Positions 1 to 13,517 of a stretch of 64,000 nt of DNA are shown here, piece after piece. Origin of the DNA: an uncultured virus (IMG/VR IMGVR_UViG_2061766007_000442) (taxonomy: Duplodnaviria; Heunggongvirae; Uroviricota; Caudoviricetes); the IMG/VR virus record IMGVR_UViG_2061766007_000442; one strand, given 5' to 3'. The notes under the pieces were generated by a model. The model searched no databases, was not told the DNA's origin, and was given only the letters and a program-made list of their open reading frames with translations. A program made the position numbers and the translations under genes. Within the stretch, counting starts at the first letter, position 1; every line of letters begins with the position of its first letter.

Positions 1-216
1 CAAATCTAAACTGTCATTACGCGCAGTATCAAATCTAAAATGGTCATACTCTTTTTCATGTACTTCCACTCCAAGAGAACGAAGTTTCTCTACAGTATCG
101 TCCGTTGACCCTGTATCTAAAACTACAATATGGTCCGCGGCAGACATAGATTTTACTCACGCATCCACAAATTTAGATTCGTCTTTTGCAATTGCATAAA
201 CACAAATCTTATTCAT
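1..216 (-). CDS. GT2-family glycosyltransferase, N-terminus (runs off window; code 4)
   Basis: MNKICVYAIAKDESKFVDA[TGA=W]VKSMSAADHIVVLDTGSTDDT carries the GT-A motif DTGSTD. The TGA at 157-159 sits at the Trp typical of this family. The RBS/leader is GAGATAAAAGGATG. Confidence 0.85.
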
Positions 217-240
217 CCTTTTATCTCCTTGTTTCTATAA

Positions 241-807
241 TTAACTTATAGTGTATCAAGTTAATGCATTATTAACTTGTTCATCCACATAATTCACAAC
301 TGTTGTTGCAGTAGCTGCAGTAGGAATAATACCAATGGTATTTAATGTATTACTAACAGTAGTATTATTATAAGATATATTTTGAGCATTTAATTGTACT
401 GTATTCATACTATTTAATATACCATTAACTATGCGAATACCAGTTATTGCACTTCCTGCAGGTGCCATTATTCTTGAATCTAAAGCATTAATTGCTTGTT
501 CAATTTTTTCGTCAACATTTCCACCAATACCTATTGCTGATTCTAAATTATCAATAGCTTCTGCAACAGTTTCTTTTGATGATGGCAATGCTATAGAAAA
601 AGTAACAGTACCACCTTCTCAATTAATAGGACAAACTATATCACTATTAATATCATTTAACAAAATACGTCCAAAACCAGTATCGGGAGATACTGGATAC
701 AAATATGCTCTTTCTGCTGAAGATAAATCAGTATGTAAAGTATAATCATATATATCGCCATTAATATTAACTTTAATTATATCTTCAGAACTTAAATTTT
801 CAGCCAT
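241..807 (-). CDS. Putative tail fibre-associated protein, 188 aa (code 4)
   Basis: ORFs 619..807 and 256..588 join in frame through TGA at 619 and 256. TAA stop at 241. Confidence 0.6.
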
Positions 808-950
808 TAATTCAGCGATAATATCAGATGCATCTCCATCATAAGCATTATAAAAACCTTCTGCTGGTTGTTGAAATGTAATAGAACCAAAATCTTTATC
901 TGCGCTAATTTCTCGATAAATAATTTTAGAAGCCGCAACTTCTCCAACAG
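807..950 (-). CDS. C-terminal end of the protein whose body is the displaced segment 1744-2716
   Basis: The reverse complement of 930-950 (CTGTTGGAGAAGTTGCGGCTT) equals the end of the plus segment at 2696-2716. It reads VGEVAASKIIY...DISLN*. Confidence 0.7.
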   Translation of the reverse strand: MLEKLRLLKLFIEKLAQIKILVLLHFNNQQKVFIMLMMEMHLILSLN

Positions 951-1040
951 NNNNNNNNNNNNNNNNNNNNNNNNNNNNNNNNNNNNNNNNNNNNNNNNNN
1001 NNNNNNNNNNNNNNNNNNNNNNNNNNNNNNNNNNNNNNNN

Positions 1041-1466
1041 AAAAGAGTTGCCGCCCGCAGTTTTATAATATAAATAACGTCTTTCTACAGACTGTAATGT
1101 TAAATCATCAATTGATTTAATTTGATAACAATGTTTGTGATGAGCGTCTATTAAAAATGAACGTGTATTTTCTTGTAGTCTCTCTTGGACTAATTTCAAA
1201 TTATCTTTAATATATTCTTGTTCTTCATGTGTTTTTTGATTTTGTAATTCAAGATTATCAATCTTTTTATCTAAACTTTCTAAAGAACTAGATACATTAC
1301 GCGCTCATCTATCTTTATCATTCGTAATGTCAAGTCTATCTCGAATCTTTTTTCAAATTCATTCCGCAGCTGACCATACACTTTTGATAGCCAAAACCAT
1401 TACAATCACAAGAACTATGACTTCTTCTACGGAGAGGTGTGTAAAAAGAAAATTTGCTTCAGCCAT
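1041..1466 (-). CDS. Holin-like / lysis-cassette membrane protein (code 4; C-terminus displaced to 1666-1743)
   Basis: AAGGAG RBS and ATG at 1466, followed by one N-terminal hydrophobic helix and a coiled coil. The C-terminal YLYYKTAGGNSF continues as IDGLMDEIRKLP, a pattern seen in holin-associated proteins of Gram-positive phages. In-frame TGA at codons 36, 38 and 54. Confidence 0.55.
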
Positions 1467-1743
1467 ATACTCTCCTTAGGTTTGTCTAATATAGTCTATA
1501 TAAATTAAAAAAGGGCAAAGCCTAATTACTAAGCTTTGCCCATTCTATTTTATATGAATTTCATTAATCACAATTAAACGTTAATGTTGTATTATAAAGA
1601 GTAGTAGTACCAACACAACAAGCTCGTCCTTTACAAACGGCTGGGGTTGGTGTGGNNNNNNNNNNCATTGATGGTTTAATGGATGAAATACGTAAGCTAC
1701 CCCGCATTAATACATATACTGTCGACGATGACGGGAGGGAGTA

Positions 1744-2716
1744 ATGGTAGCCGATTTAAAAGCAACGGTTGTCAATATGAAAACACTCACTCAACATATT
1801 GATGACCCTGTTGTAGTAAATGCGGCTGATGCAGACGGGAGACGATTAAGAATTGTTTTTACCCAAGAAGCTGCGGCTCAACTAGCCCCGCATACTAAAG
1901 TTTATCTCTCTTGGCATCATCAGCAAAACAATATTAAAGGTTATAATGTTTTTACTGAACTTCCAAGAGAAAACAAAAAACAGCCACCTGCTTGGGAAAT
2001 ATGTTTTCCGAAATCTATGTTATATTGCGGGGACGTGTTAGCGTGTATTGAATTGGTAGACGATGTTTCAATTGCGGCTTCTACTAATTTTATGATACAT
2101 GTTTTAGAAGATCCTAATGATGGTGTGCCTTATATATTTTCTGATGATTATTCAGAATTTCAAAATGCTGTTATTGTATTAAGTACTTTAGCTGAACAGG
2201 TTCAAGAACAAATGGAGCAATATCAGGCAATGCTTGATAATTTGGCAGAAGTAGCATTTTCTGGAGAGGCTGCGGATGTAGCTACTACTACTGCTACCGG
2301 TTTAACTGCTACAAATGTTGAAGATGCTTTAGCTGAATTAAATGCAGCTATTGATAATGCAATTGCTTCAAATGTAACTATTGAAAAAATTACTGGTAGT
2401 ATAAATGATGATTATATTTATCGTTATATTTTTAAACAAAATGATGCCATAATTGAAAATGGTATTATTGATATTAATAAAGATATGGTAGTTACTAGTG
2501 GTGAATTAGTTTATCCTAGTATTGAAAATCCTATTATTATTAATAATATTTCAATTACAGATGGTACTTATATAAAAATGACTATCGCAGATGGAGAGTT
2601 TTTTTATATTGACGTAGCTTCTTTAATTGAATATAATTCAGTACAAAGTACAGATGAAATTATATTAATAGACACTAATCATACAATTACTGCTTCTGTT
2701 GGAGAAGTTGCGGCTT
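1744..2716 (+). CDS. Baseplate upper (BppU-like)/tail fibre protein; segment apparently inverted by scaffolding
   Basis: Long ORF with GGAGG RBS. The N-terminus (DADGRRLRIVF...) resembles BppU-type N-domains. Both ends match the flanks of the 951-1040 gap in the opposite orientation. Confidence 0.55.
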
Positions 2717-2726
2717 NNNNNNNNNN

Positions 2727-3440
2727 TTCTGTTTGGTCATTTTGACTGGTTCAATGCAATGTTACCACACCACTTTTTAAATTATTATCATCAAAAATAA
2801 CAGAACATTGTTCTGTTTGATTCTTTATTATAGTCTGTGGTGTATCAATAGGAGAAGGTCGATTAGTGAAATTTTCCGCAAAACCATTGTCATGATAATT
2901 TTTTCCACTAGTAAATAGACAATATCCATTTTGTCTAATTATATATTGTCCAGAAATATCAACACTAGAAATATTATCAGGTAATATATAAGATATATTA
3001 ATCATAGATTCTCATTCTTTACCATTTTCTAATAATTGTCCTTGCGTGATTAATTTTGGAATAAAAATACTACCATTAGCTGGTATTTGTCGTCACATAT
3101 TTTCTAATTGTTCTTTTTCTGTTGTATAAGGAATACCGCCTTGTTCTCAATCAGGCATACCTACTTCAATATTAGTGTCATTTCTTGTCCTACCAAAATA
3201 TACACCGCCTTCGTCCATATCAAAATGATATAATTGGTTATTTGTGTCATACGTTATTGGTCCGACAAAAGATGAAAAATCATTATCTTCAGCTATATTA
3301 AATAATCCACCCTGTTCAATAGGAATAACACCAATGGTATCACTTTTATGTTCATGTCATTTAGAAGAAGCACCAAAATCTTTATAAGTTAATTGTTTAA
3401 AAGCATTAAGTTGAGAAGGTTTATAAAATAATCGTGGCAT
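2727..3440 (-). CDS. Putative tail fibre protein (partial; code 4)
   Basis: AAGGAGG RBS and ATG at 3440. Open to the gap at 2726 with five in-frame TGA. Contains PIEQGG-type fibre motifs. Confidence 0.55.
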
Positions 3441-3451
3441 CTAAACCTCCT

Positions 3452-4286
3452 TTAAATATTTCGTAAAACAATTTGATTAGTTAAATTATCTAAACCTTTA
3501 TCTAATAATATAGTAACAGGATAATTTTCTATAAATTGTTCTGGCAATATTCCAGAACTTAATTTTATTTGTATATTTAAAATATGTCCTGTTTGATAAG
3601 TACTAGTATCAGAAATTGGTCCTCCTGTGCAACTGTCTATAGTAACATCTCCACAAAAAGTTTTAGGGTCAACTAGACCGCCTGTATTAATAGGTGTAGG
3701 AGTATTAGTTTGATTATATCCATATAATTGTACATAATTTCTAGAAGTTTGTGAAGCTCCTACAACAAAGCTAGCATCGTGAAATCCTAATAATGCAGGA
3801 TGTTGCGTATTATTATATGTGTAAGTTGGATAATAAAAAGTTGTGCTACGAGTAGTGCCCATGTTAGGCTGTTGAATAATATGAAGGTATAAATCTAAAG
3901 TACCCCTAGTATTGGGCATTAATTGATATGGTAAATAAATTGAAAATTCAATAATAGGTGCTCACACATCTTCTGTTTTATCCATAATATAATGTGCACT
4001 AAAAATATGATGATAATTTAAATTAATATAATGAGGTGTATCAGTAGACATTGCTCCTATATCAAAATTACAAATAGCTTGATATTGATTATTTGCACTT
4101 GTACCGCCCGCACTTATGGGTCAAGTTTGAAAAGATGGTGGATTATTTGCACCATTAAAATATCCAAATACTCCATTATTAATATTAATAGGATTAATTC
4201 CTGTTGGAGAGGCATATAATATTTTACCAGCTTTTCAATTATTTAAAGAGGTCATATTTGTGCCGCCTTGTTCAGCAGGAAAAACT
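3452..4286 (-). CDS. Putative tail fibre protein, C-terminal part (code 4)
   Basis: Frame is open from the gap at 4287 through TGA codons into ORF 3452..3919. PAEQGGT and PISAGGT fibre-type repeats. Confidence 0.5.
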
Positions 4287-5279
4287 NNNNNNNNNNNNNN
4301 NNNNNNNNNNNNNNNNNNNNNNNNNNNNNNNNNNNNNNNNNNNNNNNNNNNNNNNNNNNNNNNNNNNNNNNNNNNNNNNNNNNNNNNNNNNNNNNNNNNN
4401 NNNNNNNNNNNNNNNNNNNNNNNNNNNNNNNNNNNNNNNNNNNNNNNNNNNNNNNNNNNNNNNNNNNNNNNNNNNNNNNNNNNNNNNNNNNNNNNNNNNN
4501 NNNNNNNNNNNNNNNNNNNNNNNNNNNNNNNNNNNNNNNNNNNNNNNNNNNNNNNNNNNNNNNNNNNNNNNNNNNNNNNNNNNNNNNNNNNNNNNNNNNN
4601 NNNNNNNNNNNNNNNNNNNNNNNAATTGTTAATGGATTGTCTTCATCTTTAGCATATAATACTACAGGACTGTAATAATGAATATTACTAGATGGTGGAG
4701 TTATATTTAATTGAATAATTAAACTATTATTTGTTATTCTAATAATTGAATAATTTTTAGTATTACCCGTGATTAAAGAATATCAATTATTATTATTTAA
4801 TTTTTCTCCCATTGTTCATATTTTAACATTGCCATTTNNNNNNNNNNGAGAAAATATGCAACTTCAACATCAATATATGTTAACTATTGTTGAAGAAACA
4901 CATGAATTAAATATAAATATGCAACAAATTCTTGAAGATATTCAGCAAGAAGTCGATGATATTTTAGTAGAATTTCAACANNNNNNNNNNNNNNNNNNGA
5001 AGATGAAATCAATGCATGATTAGACAATGCAGAAGCTACATTAAGTTATTATAGTAGAATATTAGCAAATTTTGAAAATAGATTGCGAACTGCTGAAACT
5101 AATGCGGCAGATGCTATTAATGCTATAAATAACCTCGCGGCAGTAGCAACATCAGGCGCGGCCGCANNNNNNNNNNNNNNNNNNNNNNNNNTTGAATTAA
5201 ATAATTTAATTAGTACAACTGTTACTAATGCGTTAACTTGACATACGTTATAGGTTAATTAGAGAAAAGAGATAAAAGG

Positions 5280-6106
5280 ATGAATAAGATTTGTGTTTAT
5301 GCAATTGCAAAAGACGAANNNNNNNNNNNNNNNNNNNNNNNNNNNNNNNNNNNNNNNNNNNNNNNNNNNNNNNNNNNNNNNNNNNNNNNNNNNNNNNNNN
5401 NNNNNNNNNNNNNNNNNNNNNNNNNNNNNAAGTATGACCATTTTAGATTTGATACTGCGCGTAATGACAGTTTAGATTTAGTTTCTGACGAATATAATAT
5501 TCGTGTATGTACAGATTTAGATGAATTGTTTGAACAAGAAAATTGGGCAGACATTCTTCGAGAAAAATGAGATGAAAATAACCCCAGAGTTATTTATCAT
5601 TATGTATGAAACCATACCGCAGATGGTGAAAATGGTCTTGAATTTGATATTAATAAAATTCATGGCACAGACCCAGATTTGCGGTGGGCAGGTGCGGTGC
5701 ATGAGCACCTTACTTTTATGTCTACTGGTGAACGAATGTTCACTAAATACATAGATTTGAGAAAAGAAATTACTTTGCATCATTATGCAGATTTAACCAA
5801 AGATAGAAGATTCTATATTGAGTTAGCAGAAGAAAGAATTAAAGACCAACCAAATGATATGCAGGCTTATGTTTTATTGGGTAATGAATACCGAGTAAAA
5901 GGATCGCCCGAAAAAGCTATAGAAAAGTATGAAACTGTTTTGAAAAAGTTTTCTAAAGAAATGAATACTGTAGAACAAGCAGCTGTTTATTATGCTCTTG
6001 GAGATGCATATCATAAAACTGGAAATGCGGTTATGGCGATGACTTCATTCTCACATGGTATGGCAATTCATAAGACATATAGAGATAATTATTTTGGTTT
6101 AGCAGT
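5280..6106 (+). CDS. GT2 glycosyltransferase with C-terminal TPR repeats (partial; code 4; variant copy of the gene at 1-216)
   Basis: Motifs RFDTARNDSL, CTDLDE (DxD) and RWAGAVHE, then TPR-like helices (YVLLGNEY, YYALGDAY). ORFs 5280..5570 and 5679..6122 join via two TGA at expected Trp positions (LREK-W, YHYV-W). Confidence 0.8.
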
Positions 6107-6274
6107 NNNNNNNNNNGTTTGATATTAATAAAATTCATGGTATAGACCCAGATTTGCGGTGGGCAGGTGCAGTGCATGAGCACCTTACTTTTATGTCTAC
6201 TGGTGAACGAATGTTCACTAANNNNNNNNNNNNNNNNNNNNNNNNNNNNNNNNNNNNNNNNNNNNNNNNNNNNN

Positions 6275-7238
6275 AATTCATAGGGTAAATATAAAATACA
6301 ATCTATTTTATTAAAACTAGTATTACTGCAATATCCATATATCATAGCAGGAAAAATAGTTATAGAATCTCCTCAAGTTAATAGATTATATCATCTTTGA
6401 GAACGATAATAATNNNNNNNNNNNNNNNNNNNNNNNNNNNNNNNNNNNNATTTATATCTGGAATAGAGAATATATCATAAAAATCAGTATATTTTTGAAA
6501 TATGGTTAAAAGATTATTAGATTGTTTAATAATTTTAATATTACTTAATTCAATTTGAAAATCTAATATTTCTTTTGTAACAATACATAGTCCTAAAACA
6601 GTATTATTATTATAATATATTCCTAATGAAGTAATTAACATATTATTATCATCAACAATGTCTGTTGAGCCATATATAATATTTTCTATATTCATATCTG
6701 GTGTAATAGTAATAGAACAGTTAGTAACATTATGATAAGTTTCATCTTCAAAATAAGGGATATTTACTTGAAAAGTAACAGTTATATTTTCATTTGGCAT
6801 TGTAAATTTTAAAGGATAACTATAATAATAATTTTGTATATCGGTATCAATATAACCTGTTTTTATTGGATAATTATATTTATATTCATGCGCAGTTGTA
6901 ATATTGGTATTTAATAATACTCCTTCTGGCGTAGGTTCAATAATATTTTGATAAGTTTCTATATTAGAATGTCACCAAGGCATTGTATCATATTGCAAAT
7001 TATTATCATTAATAGTTTTAGCATATATATAATTAGAATTTGGATGAGGAACATAAAATAAAGCATTATTATTATTTACTCATAAATTATTTATATTTTG
7101 TCCAAACCCTCCATTATGTTGAAAATCAATACTTTGAATTTCATCTAAAGTATGATAATGATGTAATGCGGCAGCTTGTATATCTGAAAAAGTTAAATGT
7201 TGATAGTTATTATTTATTTTATAATAAACGTTTGCCAT
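6275..7238 (-). CDS. Hypothetical virion/tail fibre protein (partial; code 4)
   Basis: AAGGAG RBS and ATG at 7238, in frame with ORF 6378..6800 through two TGA codons. Confidence 0.5.
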
Positions 7239-7332
7239 ATTGTATACTCCTTTATATTATGACAAACATTGTGTCTGTCTTAATTAATAAATATAAAAGG
7301 GTAAACTTATAAATAGTTTACCCTTTTTAATA

Positions 7333-8196
7333 TTATCCCGTACGTTTTCAAATATAAACTCCAAAATAGGGTGGAATGTTGTTATGTGCTGTAGGAGCTA
7401 TAGAAATTGTAGGAGTTACTGTTCCTACAGAACCTTTACTTACATTAAAGGTTTGATAACTAGCAGTAGATGAACCTTTATTAGTTGCAGTATATTGAAG
7501 TGATGCTCCTGACTGTTGAGCATAAGAATTATATACTAATTTTGATTTTCCTGATGTTGCGAAATAACTCGTTGCCTTAGAACCTCCACGAACTGCTACA
7601 TTAAGAGATTCTTGATGATTATGCCAAGCGGTAGTAACAGTTGGTTGAGTAAAACTATGTGTATGTTCAGGTAAAGCACATTGTGATTGAGTTAATGTAA
7701 CCATAGCTTCTCCGCCAGTAGTACTTGTAATATATGCTGCATCACCTGTTGCACCCTCGCTCATGCCAGCAAGAAAACGTCCAGATGCAATTTTTTCTCA
7801 TCTACCACCAAAATGTGATGCTGGAGTAAAATTTGCATCAATGGTTAAATATATACTTCCAATAGGATAAAGCAATTGTCCTAATTCTTGAGAGGTATAA
7901 TCTGTTCTAAATAATTCTCTAGCTTGAGATAATGTTGTTACACCAGTGCCGCCTTGATCAACAGTAACAGGATTATTTAATCCTGTTCCAGATTCTTTTT
8001 GAATAATACTAGAATCATTTCCATTATATTCATCATTATCTATGTATAATTTTGTATCATATTGAATATTGCTAGTACTATCACTAGGTTCTCCTTTTCC
8101 TGATACAATAAGATTATTAGATGCGGCACCTACGTCGGCCGCGGAAATTTCAACCCATTGGTTAGTTTCAGTGTCTTTATATCTAATTTTTGCCAT
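7333..8196 (-). CDS. Tail fibre/baseplate protein with gp10-like C-terminal domain, 287 aa (code 4)
   Basis: YPIGSIY...HFGGR[TGA]EKIASGRFLAG...HNNIPPYFGVYI[TGA]KRTG*. Both TGAs occupy the hallmark Trp of the GGxW and VYxWKRT motifs. Confidence 0.8.
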
Positions 8197-8213
8197 ATAA
8201 AATTCTCCTTATA

Positions 8214-10419
8214 CTAATCATCTGGGTCAATTCAAATATTTTGTCCGCTATTACTTGAACCTATACTATTGTTAGCTTCAATTAATACATCTCGTATATC
8301 TCTACCAACGACAAAACAACCATTTTTAATATAAACAGGAGTATATTCATTACCTAAATTTATTAATTCTCCTGATTCACTGTCACATAAACGCATCCCA
8401 TTAATATATTCTGCTAATTGATAAGTTATAGTTGCATTATTTAAAGTAATAGTGGCATTAATATCTGTATATAATTCTTTAATTAAATTCAAAAAACGTT
8501 TATCTGTTTTTAAATCATTTTTACTAATAAAATATGTTGATTCATTATTAATAATTTGATTTGTGTTAACAATAAATCAAACTTTTCCTCCTGTAAAATC
8601 AACATCTTCATAATTAATTAAATTATTATTTCAATATGGATAATGTAACTGTATTGGAGGAATGTTATTAGTGCTGTTTCAAGAATATGATAATGTTAAT
8701 TCATTTGCTACATTATTTCGTGATCTTAGTCTCATTCTTGACCAAATATCACTATAACCATAAATACTTATTAAATTAGAAGTATTATAGTCATTATTAT
8801 TTAATCGTGTAATAGCATAAACATCACTTGCAGTACCAGTATATATTAATTGTCCTGATATAGCAGATCATGCTAAATAAATATTTATATCATTATATTG
8901 TATATTATTTTGATTAATAACATAATCTAAAAATCGTTGTATGAAATTATTATTATTATTATTTGTAATGCCTATACTAACTTCTGTATTATCATTATTT
9001 GTAGTTAAAGTAACTTCTCCTGTAATTGATTGATTGTCTGCAATTTGAATTGAAATAGTTGCCGTTGTTGTTGTTGTTGAAATTGATGAAAAACCTATAT
9101 CACATATATTTAAATTATTGGTATATATATGAATATTATCAATATTCAGATTATCAAATTCAATATCGTCAGGGTCAGAAATAATAGTTTGAGGATTATC
9201 TATACTTATTATATTTTTTTGATTGTCTTGATCATTATATACTTTATTATTTATTGCTATAGAATCTGTATTATTAGTTCAATGATATGCATTAAATTGT
9301 TTATATCTATTAAAATCTATATTAGTATCACCAATAAAATCTAATCATTTCATGGTTAATGTACCAGAATATGATGATAATGTTTCTAAAGTACGTAATA
9401 ATATATTATTATTTTTAATAGTTATTCCAACTTTTATTAATGTATCTATTTTTCAATAATTGTTTTGATTATCATAAATTAAATGCAAAACATATTTAGT
9501 ATTTTGTGAATCTCGTACCATAAATCAAGTATAATCATATGATTTATCTATAATAGTATCTAATTTATTAAAACGATTTAATAATATTCCATTTCCATAT
9601 AATTTTATGGAAACACTTGTGTCAAAAGAAGTATCATTAATCGCTATTAGTTGTCCATCCTCATTAAATGTTAAATTATTAATAATATTTTCACTTCATG
9701 TATTAAATATATCATTATCAATGTTAATATTATTATTATTTTTCATNNNNNNNNNNNNNNNNNNNNNNNNNNNNNNNNNNAAAATTATATGATAAGGATA
9801 CAGTTGTAGTTTCTGTCACTGTAGAATCAATTTGATAAGTATCTAAAGTAAAACTATTATCTGATTTAACATTAGGAACCAATAAATAATCTCCACTTTT
9901 TATATAATCATTAATATCAATAATATCATTTGATACAGCAGTATTAATTTCTTTTGTTAAAAATCTATCTGTTCAATCATCAGATTCAGAAGGTATAATA
10001 GTTATGTTTGTTCCATTTTCTCCATAATAACCAGATGTTGTTACTGATCTTACTATATCATTTACTACAATACTAACACTTGAGTCCTCTGTTGTTTCAT
10101 CAAAAGTTAAAGTGGGATTCATACGATGGACTTCTGAATCCATATTTAAAGCATTTCAATTAATACTATTTTTATTGATAACATTATAAGATTCATCATT
10201 AATAACTGTTTGTGTATTATTTATTCAAATATTGCTTGTTTCTTGTTGCTTATAATTATAAGATTTTGATTTTACTATAAATGAAGTAGGACTAACTGTA
10301 CCAGTAATTGTATAAGTGTTTGCAATTGTATTAGTCGGTCCATAATCTCTAGTTATAATTCATTTATCTCCAGAAGGATGACGTATTTTTTCTCTAAAAA
10401 TATAATTATCTGTAGTCAT
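8214..10419 (-). CDS. Large Asn/Ile-rich tail-associated protein (code 4; one gap)
   Basis: AGGAGG RBS and ATG at 10419. The portions read are open only when TGA=W. Ends ...GQNI-W-IDPDD-TAG at 8214. Confidence 0.5.
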
Positions 10420-10433
10420 TTATCATCCTCCTT

Positions 10434-10715
10434 TTAATCATATGCTACAGTAATAAAAGCATAATTATCTCAATTTTTTGCACCAATATTTATTGTGACC
10501 GATGCATCGTATAAATTATTAAATTCTAATATATCACATTCATTAATTAAATATGAATATGTAACTGTTTCTGACATAGAATTAGTAGTAGAAATAGACA
10601 CCTCATAAGGACTAGCAGTTAAAGGATTTAAGAATAAATGTTCCATTCCTATGTGCATATTAGTTGCAGTAATAGTATGTGTTGGATTAGTTTTATTTAA
10701 TTGTATTATTTTCAT
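10434..10715 (-). CDS. Small virion protein, 93 aa (code 4)
   Basis: ORF 10470..10715 reads through TGA to TAA at 10434, just before the next RBS. Confidence 0.6.
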
Positions 10716-12489
10716 GGTCTATCTCCAAATTGTTCTATTTCTGCTTTTGTTGGATCAGCTGCGGCTAAACCAGTAAAAAATACTGGATTTATACTACTAT
10801 TAAATTCAATATCTTTTTTATCATTATCTTCAAAATATATCATATTAGTGTTTAAATAGACAGAATCATAAATTGTTTGTCCTATTTGTACTCAAAAATT
10901 ATTTTCTACATTTGTATCTTCCTCTATTTTTTCCCGTATACTAATAAATATATCTATANNNNNNNNNNTGCAGCTGTTTTCTCTTCTGCTGTTGATTGAT
11001 CATTATTTATAATATTCTCTAAATCATTTTTAATAAATGTTAAACTATCTGTACTAGGATTCGCTGGTGTTCCTGTTGTACCATAAAGTTCTTTATAATT
11101 TTCGATACCTTCGTTTATAATAATATATGAATTTAATATATCTTCATCAGGTAAACATATATAAAATAAACCTTGTGTTTCTTTAAAGCCTTCAGGAATA
11201 TCCTCTTGTCCTTCTCTTTTCTTTACATCTGTAACTGCTATTATGCCCAAATTTCCAGTAAATTTACCCTCTTGATCCGGATATACTGGATCTGTTGTAA
11301 TTCTAATTTTATCGTTTTCGTCTCATTCTCCTTCTAATTTAACAGTTCAAGGACCAAGACTAGGCGGGCCAACCGGACCTATGTATTTTTCTTCATTTGG
11401 CGCATTAGAATATTGCACATATAAATCATAAGTCCCTTTATTATAATTTGATTTTACTGAAACATTTTCAATTTCAACTACATCACCTAAATAATATAAA
11501 TCTTCTGGAGTAATTAATACTTTTTGATTTTCATCATCAATTCCTCAATAATGAAATTTACCCGCATATACTTTACTTGATGTAATATTTTCAACTACAT
11601 CACCATGTGTATAAGGTGTTTCTCCACCTGGAGTATATTGTATGGTTTCTATGTCATAAAAAACATTTCCATCAGTAACTTCATATATGCCTTCATTTGT
11701 AATATAAGGACCTGAATCTCCTACTGGTATTTTAAACTGGTCTTGTAAATAAAAAGGATTATCATTATCTATTGGAACTCTAATTACCTCAGCTGTTTCA
11801 GTATTACCTATAGATGTAATTTTAGGCTGCGCAAAATCTATATAAGGAATTTCAAAACCTATCCCAAGAGTAGATAATGGTCATTCAGAATTTGCATCTA
11901 TATTACGAACACTTTGAAAAGTATAAAAACCATATTTAAATGCGGGAGTCTTTTCTTCTTTAAAATACTTACTACCTGGTTTATAAATAGAATTTACACT
12001 CTCATCTGTATTTATATATATATCTGTTCCTTGCGTTGGGGTTGCAAAAGTATAACTAACAGTATCACCAGTTTTCTTTTGATAATAAAATACACTACCT
12101 TCTTCTATTTTACCCATCGCGGCTGTTCGCATATCAGATATACTATTTAATTCTACAAAAGGAACACCACCCGCAGGTCCGGTAATACGTCCTACGTATT
12201 CCGCATAATTAGTGTCATCAGCATCTACTGGTACACGATATGCTGTACGACGAAACACCTTACCGTTATCAGGATTATTGCGATTTTGGGTTTGAATTAA
12301 ACAATATTCATCATATCGTATATTATTATAAGGTCTAGTTGTGTCATTTGTTCATTGATTAATATCTGAATTATTATTTTTTAATGGATAATATCCATGA
12401 CCAAAACAATAATTCATTTCATCAATACTATCAAATCTATCTTTAATTATAAAGGAGATACCCTGTTTACCTCCATAAAAGCTATCCAT
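10706..12489 (-). CDS. Tail-associated protein (MDSFYGGKQG...; code 4)
   Basis: GGGAGG RBS and ATG at 12489. Joins ORFs 11881..12258 and 10954..11250 via TGA. Short GPVGP collagen-like patch. Confidence 0.6.
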
Positions 12490-12502
12490 GTAGTACCTCC
12501 CT

Positions 12503-13508
12503 TTAATTATTTGTCATATATTGTACATCAACTGTGTATCTATCAGTTGGAGTGGCTGTTACTGTATTAGCTATANNNNNNNNNNNNNNNNNNNNNNNNN
12601 NCATAATATCCACTTGGACCTATAGATAATTCTTGTCCATTAATAAGCATTAATTGTTCAGACCTACCTCATATTCCAATATTAGTAATAGTATCTGCAC
12701 TATTAATATTTACCGGAGCAACCGTACCGACATTTACTGTAATATCTGTTGGATTAATATAACGACCAGTCATCATTACTCCAGTAGATTCTTCTGTTCA
12801 TCGCAAATCTCTATCTATCTCATTTGGTTTTAAATATAAATAAATAGCATTACAACTAGTTGATGGTGAAAATAAAAATTCTATAGATGCTTTTTCTTCA
12901 GTAGTATCAAAATTATTTGCCGATTTAAAAGTATTTTTCTTAATTATATCTCAATAATTTTTATATTCGCCATCTTCTTTAACTATTCGACCTTCAAAAT
13001 CTCGATAATAAATCTTTTGTTTATTAGTATTTGAAGTATCTTCATAATAATAAAAAGTATTCATATTATTTATATCAATTTCATCATTAGGAATAGAAGA
13101 TATAGCTTTTGCCATTGCTGCATTTATATAAGTATTATTATCTTCTTTAATATAATAATGTCATATAGTGCTAGTTGACATTTTATCTAAATTAGTTTTT
13201 GGTATAGTAATATATTTTATAAATTGATAGTATTGGCTATCTTTTAAATTTTGTGCAGCAGTATTATTTAAATTCATTAATCTAATACCATAATTAAAAT
13301 CATAATTTTTATCTTGTGGCATAGTTAATTTGACTAAATAACAATTTTCTGAAGATAAATTTGTATTAAAATAAATAACTAATTGCTGCATTTTATCTTC
13401 TGTTTGATCATTTAATGAATAAGGGATAGATAATATAGAAGGGGTAGAACTAACTGTTTCAATATTACTACCAGAATATGCATATTGTTTTACATAATAA
13501 TTTGCCAT
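12503..13508 (-). CDS. Tail-associated protein (code 4)
   Basis: AGGAGG RBS. Continues past TGA at 13161 to IGI-W-GRSEQLMLINGQELSIGPSGYY. TAA at 12503. Confidence 0.6.
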
Positions 13509-13517
13509 ACCCCCTCC

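Noticed and set aside
951..2726. Plus-strand gene 1744-2716 amid minus-strand tail genes, suggesting an invertible tail-fibre cassette
   Set aside because: The segment is N-bounded and its ends continue the two sides of the 951-1040 gap exactly (GGNSF|IDGLMDEIRKLP, and a 21-nt overlap at VGEVAA). No invertase or inverted recombination sites were seen. A mis-oriented contig is the simplest explanation; long reads would settle it.
4204..4675. ORFs made mostly of X
   Set aside because: Artefacts of translating N-runs.
4848..6221. Inverted repeat of positions 1-270 (second glycosyltransferase copy)
   Set aside because: Gap-bounded variant of the same locus with a different upstream gene end; most likely another strain's contig placed in reverse.
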